From the NCBI GenBank assembly GCA_951406725.2, contig OX597814.1:3658001-3722000 (forward strand): a DNA stretch of 64,000 nt. The letters run 5' to 3'. This stretch comes from Octopus vulgaris. Taxonomy: Eukaryota. The position numbers were made by a program, and so were the translations under genes. Positions 38,552 through 54,022 of this stretch are shown here, piece by piece. Below the pieces are notes generated by a model, which saw only the letters and a list, made by a program, of their open reading frames with translations, had not been told where the DNA came from and did not search any database. How positions within the stretch are numbered: position 1 is the first letter of the stretch; each line of letters starts with the position of its first letter.

Positions 38552-38762
38552 AGCGAGTTAGCAGAATCGTTAGCGCGCCGGGCGAAATGCTTAGCGGTAT
38601 TTCGCCCGTCGCTACGTTCTGAGTTCAAATTCTGCCGAGGTAGACTTTTGCTTTCATCTTTCGGGGTCGATAAGATAAGTACCATTTGAACACTGAGTCA
38701 ATATATAATCGACTTATCACCCTCCCCCATAATCGCTGCCCTTGTGGAAAAATTTGAGACCA
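38552..38762 (+). mobile_element. Family B SINE
   Basis: gcgagttagcagaatcgttagcgcgccgggcgaaatg...gagttcaaattc...tttcggggtcgataa. Confidence 0.85.
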
Positions 38763-38849
38763 TTGATATGATCCAACAATTGCTGTGTACAGTGACATTT
38801 TCAGGTGAGTAAAGTCGAGGCTTGCAGGTACTCAGCAATTGTTGGATCA

Positions 38850-39127
38850 TATCAGAGCGTCGGCTGCGGGGTCATTCCGAAAAGCTCTACCTGCGACGAT
38901 TTCATCTCAATCGAAGGAGAGGAGCTTTCTCCGTCCGGGTTGCGGATCCGTGGAACAAGCTGCCAGACGAGATGGTGAAGATGCTGACGACCGCTTTGTT
39001 CAAAGCCTCCCTGGACCTCAAGTGGCCTGAACTCTTTACATGAACACCACCCTGTACTTAACTCCATGTCCCCCTACATGGCCTTGCTATTTGCTTTTGA
39101 GCCAAATTAACTAACTAACTAACTAAC
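38850..39127 (+). mobile_element. CR1-group LINE 3' end
   Basis: RLRGHSEKL...RRGAFSVRVADPWNKLPDEMV...LFKASLD is the typical CR1 ORF2 C-terminus. A short UTR and (TAAC)n tail follow. Confidence 0.85.
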
Positions 39128-39351
39128 ATATTAATATAATAATGTGTGTAATATATGAAACACTCAGCAATTATTAGCTGATGCTAATGTGCAGAAACAA
39201 TTGTAGTGATTTGGATTTAAACCTATTCATTCAATCTTGTATTAAAATCTTCATGTATATTTATACAGATATACAGCAAATATTTGCAATTGAGGCAGTA
39301 TTAAATTAAAAAGGACATCTATGTATTATACTTCAAGTATATAGGTGGTTC

Positions 39352-39725
39352 TTTTCTACTATAAGCAGAAGGCCTGAAATTTTGCGGAAGGGAACTAGAC
39401 GATTACATCGACCCCAGTGCATAACTGGTACTTATTTAATCGACCCCGAAAGGATGAAAGGCAAAGTCGACCTCGGCGGAATTGGAACTCAGAACGTAGC
39501 GACAGGCGAAATACCTATTTCTTTACTACCCACAAGGGGCTAAACAAAGAGGGGACAAACAAGGACAGACAAACGGATTAAGTCGATTATATCGACTCCA
39601 GTGCGTAACTGGTACTTTATTTAATCGACCCCGAAACGATAAAAGGCAAAGTCGACCTCGGCGAAATTTGAACTCAGAACGTAGCGACTGCTAAGCATTT
39701 CGTCCGGTGTGCTAACGTTTCTGCT
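39352..39725 (-). mobile_element. Dimeric family B SINE (head-core-tailA-partial head-core-tailB)
   Basis: Two copies of aatcgaccccgaaa.gat.aaaggcaaagtcgacctcggcg about 186 bp apart. Confidence 0.88.
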
Positions 39726-39751
39726 ATACGGCTCACTGGAACCCTAATTCA

Positions 39752-40741
39752 TGTATACATACATACATACATACATACATACATACATACATACATACAC
39801 ACATACATACATACATACATACATACATACATACACACATACACACATACATACATACATACATACATACATACATACATACACACACATACATACATAC
39901 ATACATACATACATACATACATACATACATACATACACACATACATACATACATACATACATACATACACACATACATACATACATACATACATACATAC
40001 ATACATACATACATACATACATACATACATACATACACACATACATATATACATACATACATACACACATACATACATACATACATACATACATACATAC
40101 ATACATACATACATACATACACACATACATACATACATACATACATACACACATACATACATACATACACACATATACACATACATATATACATACATAC
40201 ATACATACACACATACACACATACATACATACATACATACATACATACATACATACATACATACATACACACATACACACATACATACATACATACACAC
40301 ATACACACATACATACATACATACACACATACACACATACATATATACATACATACATACATACACACATACACACATACATACATACATACATACATAC
40401 ATACACACATACATACATACATACATACACACATACATACATACATACATACATACACACATACATACATACATACATACATACATACATACATACATAC
40501 ATACATACACACATACACACATACATATATACATACATACATACATACACACATACACACATACATACATACATACATACACACATACATACATACATAC
40601 ATACACACATACACACATACATACATACATACACACACATACATACATACATACATACATACATACATACACACACACACATACATACATACATACATAC
40701 ACACATACATACATACATACACACATACACACATGCATACA

Positions 40742-40775
<34 letters not shown>

Positions 40776-40833
40776 CATACATACATACATCCATCCATAC
40801 ATCCATCCATCCATCCATCCATCCATCCATACA

Positions 40834-40860
<27 letters not shown>
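39752..40860. repeat. (TACA)n/(CA) compound tract, ~1.1 kb
   Basis: Direct reading. Confidence 0.98.
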
Positions 40861-40882
<22 letters not shown>

Positions 40883-41068
40883 TTATATGTATATGCATAT
40901 ATCCGTTTTTACATTTTTCTTTTTTCATCATTTTCTTTCTCTTTTTCATCCCCCCTTTACATCCTCCTCTCTTTAAACCTCTTTTTTCCCCCAGTCATTC
41001 GCCATGTTAGACCGCTCAAATCTACAAGTTCTTTTTTCATTCTCTCTCTATTTATCTCCCCTTATTCC

Positions 41069-41195
41069 TTTCTGTCGAAGAGCTTAGGCTCGAAACGTAA
41101 ATGCCCTTTCCATTTTCCTCGAGCGTCAAACTAATACACATGCTTGTCGTTCCTACACTTGTCTTCGTCTTTGTTTTTCTATAAATTTAAACTGT
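41069..41195 (+). mobile_element. Penelope-like terminal module with variant hammerhead-like core
   Basis: ttt-CTGTCGA-a-gagc-ttag-gctc-GAAA-cgtaaa. Related tails occur at 22160-22240, 31300-31400, and 46685-46798 and 46916-47080 (-). Confidence 0.55.
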
Positions 41196-41210
41196 GTGTG
41201 CGTGTATATG

Positions 41211-41250
<40 letters not shown>

Positions 41251-41380
41251 GCCGAAATTACTACGATGATCCGGTTCTTGACTGAAGACTGAGGGTTTCG
41301 AATGTCCTGTCCGTGTTTATTGTGTCGTCTTCTAAGAGTTATACGTTCTTGTCCATGTTGTATTTTTCTACATACCTTAC

Positions 41381-41411
<31 letters not shown>

Positions 41412-41579
41412 ATATATTTGTCACTACCTGTCATAAATAGCCTTTTTCTATTTGCAATATGCATTTTCGTTGATTTTTCATATTTTACCCTTACATTTCC
41501 ACGTGTATTTTATATTTTCTTTTCGTAACATATTTCTACTATATATATATATATATATATATATCCTTTTATTCTTTCA

Positions 41580-41989
41580 TTCTTTTACTTGTTTCAGTCA
41601 TTTGACTGCGGCCATGCTGGAGCACCACCTTTAGTCGAACACATCGACCCCAGGCGATGTTTTTTATGAGCCTAGTACTTATTTTATCGGTCTCTCTTGT
41701 TGAACCGCTACATTACGGGGGCGTGAATATACCAGCATTGTCAAGCGATGGTGAGGGGACAAACACACAAGCACAGACAGACACACACACAGGCGTATAT
41801 ATATGTATGTATTCCGTTTTTTCGTTGTTTGAAATAGTACGTTTCCATGTTTTTGTTTTTACGTTTTTGTTTCTCGTTGTGTTCTACGTTTTTGTAGGTG
41901 TCCTGTACCCATATATGCATGTATGTATACATATAGATGTAGGTGTGTACATATATGCATGTATGCATATGTTTTATTTATTAATTTGT

Positions 41990-42028
<39 letters not shown>

Positions 42029-42240
42029 TATATATATACATATATATATATATGTATGTATCTATGTATCTATGTATGTGTATGTATATATATATACGAC
42101 GGGCTTCTTTCAGTTTCCACTCACAAGGCTTTGGTCGGCCCGAGGCTATAGAAGACACTTACCTAATGTGCCACGCAGTGGGAGTGAACACAGAACCATA
42201 TTGTTGGTAAACAAGCTCCTTACCATACGGCCATTCTTGT
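41580..42240 (-). mobile_element. Family A SINE interrupted by another repeat (41810-41995) and TA tract
   Basis: Tail at 41580-41790 and head at 42097-42240. Confidence 0.82.
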
Positions 42241-42280
42241 GCTGTATATATAAAGATATATATACAGAGAGAGAGAGAGA

Positions 42281-42428
42281 GAAGAAGAAGAAGAAGAAGA
42301 AGAAGAAGAAGAAGAAGAAGAAGAAGAAGAAGAAGAAGAAGAAGAAGAAGAAGAAGAAGAAGAAGAAGAAGAAGAAGAAGAAGAAGAAGAAGAAGAAGAA
42401 GAAGAAGAAGAAGAAGAAGAAGAAGAAG
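42281..42428. repeat. (AAG)n microsatellite
   Basis: Direct reading. Confidence 0.98.
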
Positions 42429-42708
42429 CTTCACCGGGATTTGTTTAGAGTTTTTAATTTCTAGAGGCTTAACTCGCTTCACGGGTTTCTCTCATTTTCA
42501 AAATTTGAGAGAGAAAAACATGGAGCAAGAATAAGTCCGATTTTGCTCGACTAAGGGCGGTGCTCCAGCGTGGCCACAGTCAAATGGCTGAAACAAATAT
42601 ATGAATAAAAGAATATATATATATATGTATATATATATACATGTATATGTATATATATACATGTATATATATATATGTATATACATATATATATATTTAC
42701 ATATATAT

Positions 42709-42818
<110 letters not shown>

Positions 42819-43179
42819 TGCTATTAAGTTAGACATGGCCTGGACCAATCTTTAGTCGAAACATATCTAAGTTTATCTAAGTTTTATATATGTGTGTGTG
42901 TGTATGTATGTATATGAATGTATATGTTATAATATGCACCCCCAGCCGCCACCCCTGCAATGCTATGTAATGTTAGACATATCACAGCAAACCAGTCTCT
43001 TTCTACTTGTTGTTCTGGAATATTCTTTAGATTTATATTTTCACTTTTCAATATTCCAAAATCTCAGTTTTTATCTCGCTGCTTGACTCACGTTTCTTTC
43101 TTAACACTGATATCTTTTACCCTGGGTTTCTAGTGGCACTATGTGTGTGCGTGCGAGCGTGTATGTGTATGTGCGTGTA

Positions 43180-43216
<37 letters not shown>

Positions 43217-43326
43217 ACCGAGATAGACGGTGAAAGGGAAAGGAGGCGACATTGCAGAATAGTATGCAAAGAGAGAGACAGAGATGGATTGATAGATTGA
43301 TTAAAAGATAGACACACGCACATTTA

Positions 43327-43489
<163 letters not shown>

Positions 43490-43492
43490 TTA

Positions 43493-43524
<32 letters not shown>

Positions 43525-43616
43525 CGAAAATATATATATACATATATTCAAATATATAATTATATAATAATACATATATATGAGTATAAATATATATGTA
43601 TATTTGTGTGTATATG

Positions 43617-43663
<47 letters not shown>

Positions 43664-44094
43664 ATTATATATGTACGTATACATGCCTCATTAACACAAA
43701 TATACACTTTGTTACACACAAACAGCTACACATTCAGAGACGTTTTCTAACTCCTCCTCACCTTCCATTCACACCCACCCACACGCGCACACACGCACAC
43801 ACACGCACACAGACGCACACACACTTTAAAACTTGCAAGCGTGTAAAACTTCTCCAAGTTATTCAAATACCGTTTGGTTGATGATGGCGACATCTGGCAG
43901 GCAAAAGAGAGCACGAAGAAGCATTTTTCGAACGACGGTTGGTGTCTCTTAATTTTTGTGACTTATCTCAAAGATAATTCAAAAACACCAGCGTCTTCGT
44001 TTGTTATAAAAACTAATAATTAGATATTTATATGAAAAATTGTATATATATATATGTATTATATATATACATTATAATGTGTATATATAAAATC

Positions 44095-44176
<82 letters not shown>

Positions 44177-44337
44177 ATAACATAATAGATATAGAATATA
44201 TGTTATCTAAGTTATGTATGTATGTGTTATGTATGTATTTATCGACATTATGCACTATAAAAAAAGTCTTTTCTACTTGTGGAATATTCTTATAGATTTA
44301 TATTTTCACGTGTATTCAATATTCCATATCGTTATAG

Positions 44338-44397
<60 letters not shown>

Positions 44398-44481
44398 GTT
44401 TTGTGTGTGTTTTGATTTTGTATTATACATATGAATGCTAATTTTTGCATATTATACGAATATATGTATATATGTATATAC

Positions 44482-44639
<158 letters not shown>

Positions 44640-44676
44640 AAAGTCAAAATGCGATAAAATAAAATTAATTATTATA

Positions 44677-44789
<113 letters not shown>

Positions 44790-45147
44790 ATTTAAAATGA
44801 GGGTAAGAAATTAGATATTAATTTAACTAACATCGATTTCACACCAATGGTCTAGCATATGAAAAGACTGAAGGTTCAGTAAAATTGGATTGTATACATA
44901 TTAGAGGGAACCCACTATGTGGATACCCTTATGCTAGAAATAGATCCGCTATGATCTTACCACTAAGAAATGTTCTCAAGAAAAATTTAGCAAAAGCAAC
45001 CAAAACGTAATCGAGCAAGACAAACGAAAAAGCAATAAAAAATATGGATTATTCGAATACATGTTTCACTATCAACAAATTACGTAATTTTACGTCCGTA
45101 GATCATCGGAGTGACCGTCCAGATGAATATAATTTGAAAAACTGCAA

Positions 45148-45221
<74 letters not shown>

Positions 45222-45222
<1 letters not shown>

Positions 45223-45494
45223 TGTAAGGTTTTGTCCTCACGATAGCTAGATCGTGGGTTCGGCTCCCAGACCAAGCTGTGCGTTGTGTTCTTGAGCAAG
45301 ACGCTTGATTTCACGTTGCGCCAGGCCATTCATCTGTACACGAGACACCCGTTGTAAACGAACAGTGTTCCGATCAGGGGAAAATGTTGGCCGGCTCATC
45401 CAGCCAGCGGAGCGGCATCATTCGAAAGCTAGAACAATTGGAAGCGCATAGTGACGAGCGATGTATAATAACATCAAATAGTCTGATCGATGCT

Positions 45495-45498
<4 letters not shown>
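45222..45498 (+). mobile_element. Old tRNA-derived SINE (fourth family), degraded
   Basis: B-box-like gggttcggctccc followed by gttgtgttcttgagcaagacgctt, a conserved SINE central motif. Confidence 0.55.
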
Positions 45499-45573
<75 letters not shown>

Positions 45574-45600
45574 ATACAAAAAGCCGACAAAGGAATAAAT

Positions 45601-46588
<988 letters not shown>

Positions 46589-46635
46589 ATAGATAATCAT
46601 TTATATATATATATATATATATATGTATACATATA

Positions 46636-46689
<54 letters not shown>

Positions 46690-46799
46690 GTCGAAATTTC
46701 TAGAAGAAAAACTAAGACGAAAACAGGTGTAGGGACAACAGACAGGTCTATTACTTTGATGCTCGGGGAATATGGAAATGTCTTTTACGTTTCGAGCTG

Positions 46800-46921
<122 letters not shown>

Positions 46922-47165
46922 GTCGAAATTTATAGAAGAAAAACTAAGACGAAAACAGGTGTAGGGACAACAGACAGGTCTATTACTTTGATGCTCGGGG
47001 AATATGGAAATGTCTTTTACGCTTCGATATGCTCTTCGACAGAAAGGAATAAGAGGAGATAAACAGAGAAAATGAAAGTATAAACGTGTTGAGTTCAGTA
47101 GTCCAACACACACATATATATATGTGTATATATATATATATATATGTGTATATATATATACATAT

Positions 47166-47275
<110 letters not shown>

Positions 47276-47279
47276 AAAT

Positions 47280-47368
47280 ATGCATTTGAAGAAAGAGTTT
47301 TCTTTCAAATTGATGAAGTGTTTTCATTAATCAATTAAATGGAGCTCCTCGAAACGGCCGTAATGTAT
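47280..47368 (+). ncRNA. Minimal hammerhead ribozyme motif, C3>U
   Basis: atgcat-TTGAAGA-aagagttttc...ggagctcctc-GAAA-cggccg-TA-atgtat. Palindromic ACGGCCGT. Confidence 0.6.
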
Positions 47369-47482
47369 TGACACCTGTACATCCTTGTTACTTATTTATC
47401 TTCTGTTCACCTAAATTGGGGCTGTGTGCACTATACCGAACTGGCAAGGTGCCGCAATTTAAGTACCTAATTCAACTGAATG

Positions 47483-47536
<54 letters not shown>

Positions 47537-48017
47537 AGAGAGAGAGAGAGAGAGAGGTACATATATATAAATGTATAATGAGTCTTGGATAACTTATCTA
47601 TCGTATGTGTGTATTTGTGTTTGTAATTATGTATTGCTTCCGGAAGAGAGTACATCACAGACACCTTTATGATCCCAGGTCAGATGAGGCCCTTCAGCTC
47701 GTTCGCTGCTTGTCTAAGAGATGGGTGTTGCATGCATAATCTGCAGACCGATTGCCATTGGGCTTCTGGCATTTGTTGCAGCAGACCAATACAAGTTTGA
47801 AGGACGAGAGAGTGGGACGTGCTTTGGTACAAACCATCCTCACTGCATTAGTAAACCTTTGTTGCCTTGTGGGGTTACTTTATTGAACACTTAAAAAAGT
47901 CTAACAGATTAAATCCCTACAAAAGATCACGCTCGTATCTTTCAGAAATTGTTAACAATAAAAATGCAAACCAGCGTACACAACAAGAGAAAGCACCATC
48001 ATTGGCATCATCACGGG

Positions 48018-48197
48018 TTTTGGGGAAGGGGCCAGTCGATTAGATCTACCCAAGTACGCAACTGGTACTTAATTTATTGAACTCGAAGGGATAAAGGGTA
48101 AAGTCGACCTCGGCGGAATTTGAACTCAGTACGTAGACTGATGAAATACCGCTAAGCATTTCGCCCGGTGTGCTAACGATTCTGCCAGCTCCCCGCC
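48018..48197 (-). mobile_element. Family B SINE
   Basis: actggtacttaattt...aagtcgacctcggcggaatttgaactc...gattctgccagctc. Confidence 0.85.
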
Positions 48198-48643
48198 GAA
48201 TACCTGGTTGTAGGGTGACCACATCTGCAGATCCCTGGTCATGTAGATAGGATTAAACATTTCACGTGTGGCCAGTCCATCTTTTTCTAAGCACAGTCCA
48301 CCTAGAATAACAATATTCAATGAGCCCTTTGTCTCTAAAATGGCAGGGTGATATTTGAGGGAGATTTAGTCGCTATCTTTAGCAAATCATCTGATTGCGT
48401 AGCAACATTGTCGTTCGAAACTCCTGGAATGTATTAGGTCATCGTCGTTTCTGGTTTTTTGCAGTCCCTCGTGAATCAGAATCTTTACTGTGGACAGAAT
48501 CCGGACAGGGATAGGATTAGTCTCTCGTGGATCTAAGGTATTTTTTGTAATACGCACCCTACATCAATCACTTGTATATTACATTACTTGCCTGATTTCA
48601 CAGATTGTTTCATTGCCGACATTTTGTATTTATTCCAGGTATT

Positions 48644-49019
48644 AGGCGGCGAGCTGGCAGAATCGGTTGCGCGCCGGGCGAAATGCTGAGCGGTATTTCG
48701 TCTGCCGCTACGTTCTGAGTTCAAATTCCGCCGAGGTCGACTTTGCCTTTCATCGTTTCGGGGTCGATTAAATAAGTACCAGTTACGTACTAGAGTCAAT
48801 GTAATCGACTTAATCCGTTTGTCTGTCCTTGTTTGTCCCCTCTGTGTTTAGCCCCTTGTGGGTAGTAAAGAAATAGGTATTTCGTCTGTCTTTACGTTCT
48901 GAGTTCAAATTCCGCCGAGGTCGACTTTGACTTTCATCCTTTCGAGATCGATAAATTATGTACCACTTGCGTACCCCTTCCCTCAAAATTTCGGGCCTTG
49001 TGCCTAGAGTAGAAAAGAA
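48644..49019 (+). mobile_element. Dimeric family B SINE (tail A internal, tail B terminal)
   Basis: aggcggcgagctggcagaa...gccccttgtgggtagtaaagaaatag|gtatttcg...ccttgtgcctagagtagaaaagaa. Confidence 0.9.
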
Positions 49020-49703
49020 GATTAATTCCATGTATTGTGTGAACAGCAGAGGCGATGAAAAAGTTCGACAAGCGGAAAATTGATTTAGAACAGCAAGTAG
49101 TAGAGTCTTGGTGAGTTTTTAGTGTGACTGGGGTCATTCTTCAAAAGGGCCAAAACCCTTTTGGAGAATGGTTTACTGGTTTCAGTCATTGTTGACGGTC
49201 GTCCACTTGGTTGCAGCATCATGTCGGTCATTGTGGTAGGGGATGCTGGTTCTGGGGGTTGTGGCGTTGGTGTTGATGTTACTAAGGTGTCACTTGCCTT
49301 GTTGATATTGGTGTTGGTGGTCGTGTTGGTGTGTATATGCTAATGAATTGGTGTCGGTGATGGGGGTGATTCTGCTGGCGGCGGCGGCGGCGGCGCTTTT
49401 AACACCAATACTGCTGCTACTACTACTACTACTGCTGCTGCTGCTTCTACAGCTAATTCCCAAATCGTTATATCTCCTTGTTAAACAGCGACCCACCCGC
49501 ATACCCACCCTCTTCCATACACATAACTACTGTAACCACACATAAGCTATCCGGAATTCTACCTCATTCTCCAAAGATAAGCGGTTCCGTTCGCTTTAAT
49601 TAATGAAATAGCTCATAATACTTAAATTACAAACAATAGCTTAGAAGGACAAATAAACTGTTAAAAGTAGGTTTTCGCATGTATAATACATACATATATA
49701 TAT

Positions 49704-49758
<55 letters not shown>

Positions 49759-50024
49759 ATTATATGTATATGTATATACATATAATATAAATATAATAAT
49801 AATATTATATATATGTTGATAGGTAGGTATATTATTGTATAGCTAAGCAACGATTTACACATACACATATAAATATTAAATATACATATATATATATATA
49901 TAATACATATATGTATAAAAGATATATGTATATTAAATGTATATATATATGCATATATATATATATGTTAAATATATATAAGTATATAACTCCCAATTAC
50001 ATATGATGTACACATACATACACG

Positions 50025-50068
<44 letters not shown>

Positions 50069-50363
50069 CATAGATATACATAAACTTATTTTTCAATAAA
50101 CTTATTAAGAAATTATCTCTCTATCTATATGTATTATATATGTATTTTAGGAATACACACACACACACAAACATAAACACACATATATAAACACAGACAC
50201 AAACACAAACACAAACATACACAAAAACACAAACACACACATGTACACACTCACATACACAAACACGCACGCATTAGTGTATATGCGGGGGAGGGGGTTG
50301 AATGTTTGGATGTAAATATAGATGTGGGGCATAAATGCTTATGTACACATACACGTGTGTGTG

Positions 50364-50402
<39 letters not shown>

Positions 50403-50438
50403 TTATGTATATATATATATATATATATATGTGTATAA

Positions 50439-50506
<68 letters not shown>

Positions 50507-50614
50507 ATGAAGACTTACGTGCAACGAAACACGTGTACGAAGATAGAGAAAATTACATACGCACACACACGCATACACACACATACCGATACATACACAC
50601 ACTCAAACACACAC

Positions 50615-50680
<66 letters not shown>

Positions 50681-50935
50681 TTCTATATACGTATGTATAT
50701 ATGTACATATATTTGTATTTATAAGTGTGGTTGGGTGTTTGCGTGTGTCCGGTGTGTTTATACAAACACGCGTATACATACATACATACGCGACGAAACC
50801 CAGGCTCGAAACACTGTCACACCCTCCTATATGTCTATATACTTTCTTTTGTGCGTATAGATTTATATATATATTTATATATATATATAATATATCTACA
50901 TAAATAAATATGTTGAATATTATAAATATATATAC

Positions 50936-51013
<78 letters not shown>

Positions 51014-51062
51014 TATTATTATTATAATAATAATAATAATAATAATAATAATTATAATTATA
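50936..51062. repeat. (AAT)n microsatellite
   Basis: Direct reading. Confidence 0.97.
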
Positions 51063-51634
51063 AAACTAATAATAATAAAAATGATAACATCAACAACAGC
51101 AACAATAATATTATTAATAAAGCTAATGATAATGAAAGTAGTAATATATTATTATAGATAGAATATATATATATATTATATATATATATATATGTATATA
51201 TATACATACACACACACACACAAATATGTATATTAAATATATATGTATATATATATATATATATATTTATATACATATATATATGTATATATATTATACA
51301 CGCACATATATATACATACACAGACACATACATGTATTTATACATCAATAATTATGTAGATGTCTAAATTCTTCAATGTAGATGAAAAGTAAAGTTTTAT
51401 ATAAAACGCTGATAGCGAAAACATATTGATGACGGGTGGGTTGTGTGTGGCACGGGTGGAAGGGAAAAATGTAGAATGTGATTTGGACATAATTATAGCT
51501 TGAAAGCTGATATATATATACATAGGTGTTGTTAATTAAATGTAGATAACAGTACTTCATAAAATTGTTGGATCCGCGTGTGTTTGGGAGAGAGCGACGT
51601 GTCATTAACGAACAAGCATCAAAGATTATGTATG

Positions 51635-51669
<35 letters not shown>

Positions 51670-51679
51670 TATATATATA

Positions 51680-51766
<87 letters not shown>

Positions 51767-52077
51767 TACATACATATATATATATACAAGCATATATATG
51801 TATATATATATTTATATATCTATCTATATATATATGATATATATGTGTATTTATTTTTATCTACTTACATGCGTATATATATAAAAATTGTGTACGAAAA
51901 AATATGACAGAATATTAATATTAATTCGTCATTATCTAGGGTATATAATGTAGTGATGTAGTAGTTTATACAACCACTAATATGTATGTATGTGTGCGTG
52001 TGTATACATCCCCTCACGTGTATGCATTATATATATACAGACATATATACATATACATATATACACACACACACGCA

Positions 52078-52159
<82 letters not shown>

Positions 52160-52301
52160 TATATGGGTACAGGACGTTTTCAACTGTACACAACATGAAG
52201 TACGCAAACAACGAGAGAGAAAATACTGAAAACAGGACAACACAAAGAACGACCCTTCATCAGTTGTCGGCTGTCTATCTACTCCTCATTTCGAGCATTC
52301 C

Positions 52302-52357
<56 letters not shown>

Positions 52358-52764
52358 GAAAAATACAAACTGGGACAAGAACGCAAAACATTTAGAAGAC
52401 GATACAAAAAACACGGACGGGACATTCGAAGCCTTCAATCTTCAATCAAGAAGCGGATCATCCACGCAATTTCGGCTGATTAATGTTGAGATCGCTCCGA
52501 TCCGGCCAGCCCCAAGGAAAAACTAAGCTACGAGGGTTAGATTTCTTGGGAAAAGGATCGAATGTATACGAAACAAGGACAGAAAAACGGACGATGCCAC
52601 ACGAATATAAAATACAAAAAACAATAATGGTAAAAACAGGACAAATAATAGTAATAACAGGACAAAAACAGCGGGTGTCTTACGACTAAAGACAGTACAA
52701 AGACGTATATATATATATATATATATATATATACGTATGCGCACACACACTCATATATATATCT

Positions 52765-52893
52765 AGTTTTGCAAAAAGACGGGTGATAGAGAATTCGAAG
52801 TTTGAGCCAGTTAGCCATCATCGAACTAGTTGTTCCATGATAGCTAACTGGGTGAAACTTCGGAGTCGTTGTCACCATTTCTCTGGTAAAACT
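52765..52893. repeat. Imperfect ~130-nt hairpin (decayed MITE or structured RNA)
   Basis: gaagttt-gag-ccagttagc-c-atcat-c-gaac [tagtt] gttc-c-atgat-a-gctaactgg-gtg-aaacttc, extending to agtttt/aaaact. Confidence 0.7.
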
Positions 52894-53702
52894 TCTAAAA
52901 ACATATACTCTCCTGAATCTATGAATTCTTCAGTTTAATGTAAAATTGTTTCTATTTTGTGCCTTTGAATGTACGTATGTATGTGTGTGTGTATGTATGT
53001 ATGTATGTATGTATGTATGTATGTATGTATGTTTGTATGTATGTATGTATGCATGTATGAGTGTGTGTATGTATATGTGTATGTATGTGTGTATGAATGT
53101 ATGTATGAATGTATGTATTTATGAATGCATATATGTATGTGTGTGCATGTATGTGTGTATGTGTGTATGTATGTCTGTATTGAATGCATGTATGTGTGTG
53201 TGCATGTATGCGTGTATGTATGCGTGTATGTATTTGTGTATGCATGTGTATGTATGTATATGTGTATGTATATGTATGTATGCGTGTATACATGTATGTG
53301 TGTATGTATGCATGTATGCATGAACGTAGGCATGTATGTATGGATGTGTGTATATATGTGTGTATGAATGTATGTATGCATGCATGTATGTATGTATTCA
53401 TGAATATGTAAGTATGTATATATGCATGTATGCACGTATGTATGTATGTATATATGTGTATTAATGCAAGTATGCATATATGCATGTACTTATGTATGTA
53501 TGTTTGTATGTATGCATGCATGTATACATGAATGTATGCATGTATGTATGTATGTATGTATGTATGCATGTATGCCAATGTTGTCCAGATATGACTATCC
53601 CATCGAAATATAAGCCACAGTCTACCATGTCCCTCAATAGTCGTCTTTGCCTTTAATCCCTCTGAACCCGATGAAATAAAGTACCATTGAAGTACTGCGG
53701 TT

Positions 53703-53971
53703 CGGAGAGAGGGAGAGCAGGAGAGAGGAAGAGCAGGAAAGAGAGATCAGGAGAGCAGGAGAGGGAGATAGGGAGAGCAGTAGGGAGGGAGAAAAGGAGA
53801 GAGGGAGAGCAGGAGAGAGGGAGAGCAGGAGAGAGGAAGATCAGGAGAGATGGAGTTCAGGAGAGAGGGAGAGCAGGAGAGTGGGAGAACAGGAGAGAGG
53901 GAGAGCAGGAGAGCAGGAGAGAGGGAGATGAGAGAGGGGGAGAAGGAGAGAGGGAGGGCAGAAGAGAGGGA

Positions 53972-54022
<51 letters not shown>

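Noticed and set aside
33512-41010. 300-420-aa ORFs of MYVC/HTYI repeats (and all YI/CV/HT ORFs in the window)
   Set aside because: Microsatellite translations with no coding complexity.
43884-43902. CTCF-like motifs (cctgccagatgtcgcca on minus strand; also ccacttagtggcgctg at ~36056-36071)
   Set aside because: Single degenerate matches are expected by chance in 64 kb and cannot be supported without ChIP data.
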